Shown here one piece after another: positions 63,501-64,000 of a stretch of 64,000 bases of DNA. Made by a program: the position numbers and the translations under genes. Position 1 is the stretch's first letter. Every line of letters begins with the position of its first letter. A model generated the notes under the pieces. That model saw only the letters and a program-made list of their open reading frames with translations, did no database searches and was not told where the DNA came from. Source of the DNA: a virus. The DNA lies in the IMG/VR virus record IMGVR_UViG_3300005563_000033, positions 1 through 64,000 of that record, one strand, 5' to 3'.

Positions 63501-64000
63501 GGTTCCGGGTATCGCTTGGCAATACCGACCACCAACAATATAAAAACTATTTTTGGTAGCACTTTTATTTCGTGGGATTCTACTTCAAATACCAATGCGC
63601 TGACCTCTAAAATAGCCAATGGAACCGCTAATAATATACTGGGTTGGGATGGGTCTGGGAATCCAGCTTCGTTAGCCCCCGATACTTTGTTTGTAAAAAA
63701 TAGAGTGTCAGGAACAGGGGTTCAAGTAGGGAATATATCAAACGACACGCTGTATTTGAATAATCTAAACGGCAGCACCTTCATATCGCAGGCGAAAAAT
63801 TCCGACAGTTCCATAACAACCGCAATAGCCAATTCTACGGCCAATACTCTTTTAGGGTGGAATGGGTCCGGAGTACCGACGAATATAACAGCAGGATCAG
63901 GAATCACAATATCTGGTGGCGTTATAAGTTCAAGTGGTGGCTCTAGCGCCTTAACCAATACGCATATTTTCGTAGGAAACGCCTCTAACATAGCCACAGA
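60537..64000 (+). CDS. Tailspike/fibre with N-terminal Sec signal peptide and beta-helix (pectate-lyase-3-like) domain; 3' partial
   Basis: Absent from the ORF track because there is no stop; by hand it is open for 1154 codons; NNLSDLANATTARSNLGL, LPKGTTAQRP, FWGVNGD..GGTLYVPSGIYLI, PTTGLW..VYNSNP..WVC. Confidence 0.85.
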   Translation, partial: MAPKERRRLGNKYPSLFLTIIILLLCVKVNSQTYNPSLHTVTNKALGIAQATPTDARSMFYDQTNFIYRPYQSIVEVKTYLNLAKYRTGNFLIVVDSGGLLQPNGVYVGGHNNFWMFKDSTADANLIELNLQGSSGSCAGCLLAVNNLSDLANATTARSNLGLGSISTLSSTASGGDASGNWPAITVNSIQGKNLAYITNYLNLSNTPAIPSQLNPTGLGLVTITGVYPNLTWTGRTPGIEETIFANNATSRTDSLNIGAFLFRMYGTSAFGLPKGTTAQRPSSAAAGDTRWNTDSLKKETFDGASWVTDGSGGGGGGGITALTGDGTASGTGSVPFTLATVNSNVFGSNTFLKFGVNGKGLVTSATAVGSGDITGALGFTPYNATNPAGYISNITGLVTQGTEISITGSGTSGTPYVVNSKANIRTVKTIANLYALPTAGLTDSAVVVVTDTVAGGPMMWISTTTTVEDSGTIFKPTAISSGSPGRWIRQYNGLKSLHFWGVNGDNSTNVTRRTQLAMNSCVGGTLYVPSGIYLIDSLIYPAQLSMRGESRRNTRFQATASGAQSFIRLGPGQSNEIYWTDISIVANASNVGQKGFDFTAVPGSTTGGLWNFEMDRVDVTNFRGTGINLYCHDGAFDMAHQFLTFRQVRVYCTTDTASHAVVWDGQVNQTTFDDCEFDCPSWAAGTRGVVLISGGASNDQIVGGNTFHNISVQGFDQAVYTYNAQGVSFTQDYFESDSVGIYATNSSRITVYDIHLSNVGNTRYVFGNDNSVMDILGYRLTPNPITGKFYTSPGGTSGGGVIQRGVGQTTNTVTTVFTGQNINVSANTLNTGYFTDIITNVSSSVSSYVTTINSNLSPTEHLFIRAYDASHTSNNALLFKSGGNISLPGSLDSGMLVLHDGQSAEFARTDIGTSVWALVPSSITPLYMSAFPTTGLWITGNVVYNSNPTFGTAGIWVCKKGGIGAAALWDSLVVGAGGGSGGTNSNVGSGYRLAIPTTNNIKTIFGSTFISWDSTSNTNALTSKIANGTANNILGWDGSGNPASLAPDTLFVKNRVSGTGVQVGNISNDTLYLNNLNGSTFISQAKNSDSSITTAIANSTANTLLGWNGSGVPTNITAGSGITISGGVISSSGGSSALTNTHIFVGNASNIAT

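Noticed and set aside
63555-63880. Internal repeat (GSTFIS...IAN.TAN..LGW.GSG.P twice) as a DGR or shufflon target
   Set aside because: Diverged at all base types; an ordinary fibre repeat
61172-63997. Minus-strand ORFs listed in the track
   Set aside because: Antisense shadows of the uninterrupted plus-strand tailspike frame
1-64000. Stop-codon reassignment as in some crAss-like phages
   Set aside because: Long genes are intact in the standard code, and TAG (e.g. MCP) and TGA (e.g. the giant gene) both act as real stops
1-64000. CRISPR array, tRNA, rRNA, integrase, reverse transcriptase/DGR
   Set aside because: No regularly spaced repeats, cloverleaf, or recognisable integrase or RT motifs seen by eye; a dedicated scan could still find tRNAs

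Overview
The whole window is part of the genome of a tailed dsDNA phage with a podovirus-like, crAss-related virion module. The host is most likely in the Bacteroidota, judged from TAnnTT(T/A)G -7 promoters, A-rich starts without Shine-Dalgarno sequences, and Sec signal peptides cleaved before Gln. Layout: 1-16.7 kb holds recombination genes (RusA, YqaJ, Sak/Rad52-like, NinG), RHH/HTH regulators, HNHs and many small, partly secreted accessory genes in three blocks (-,+,-). 16.8-27.5 kb holds an ECF sigma factor, IbrAB-like PAPS-reductase/ParB pair, beta-clamp-like protein, replication initiator, primase-helicase and DnaA domain IV. 27.8-31.2 kb is a glycosyltransferase/methyltransferase cluster. 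31.7-64 kb is the morphogenesis region: two GroES-like genes, TerL, portal, scaffold, MCP, ring/muzzle proteins, ejection proteins including a 2135-aa giant, a lytic transglycosylase, and a tailspike running off the window end. The most unusual observations are: (i) the tailspike has a Sec signal peptide and Bacteroidota O-glycosylation sequons, and the small secreted proteins are also sequon-rich; (ii) small basic genes appear overprinted in the +1 frame inside the giant ejection gene, flanking a histidine-phosphatase domain; (iii) a membrane-anchored Ig-like protein repeats a donor-strand-like motif; (iv) attenuator-like leaders precede the recombination and replication operons; (v) a micro-protein mimics the helicase linker. 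All family calls come from motif recognition by eye; no searches were run.
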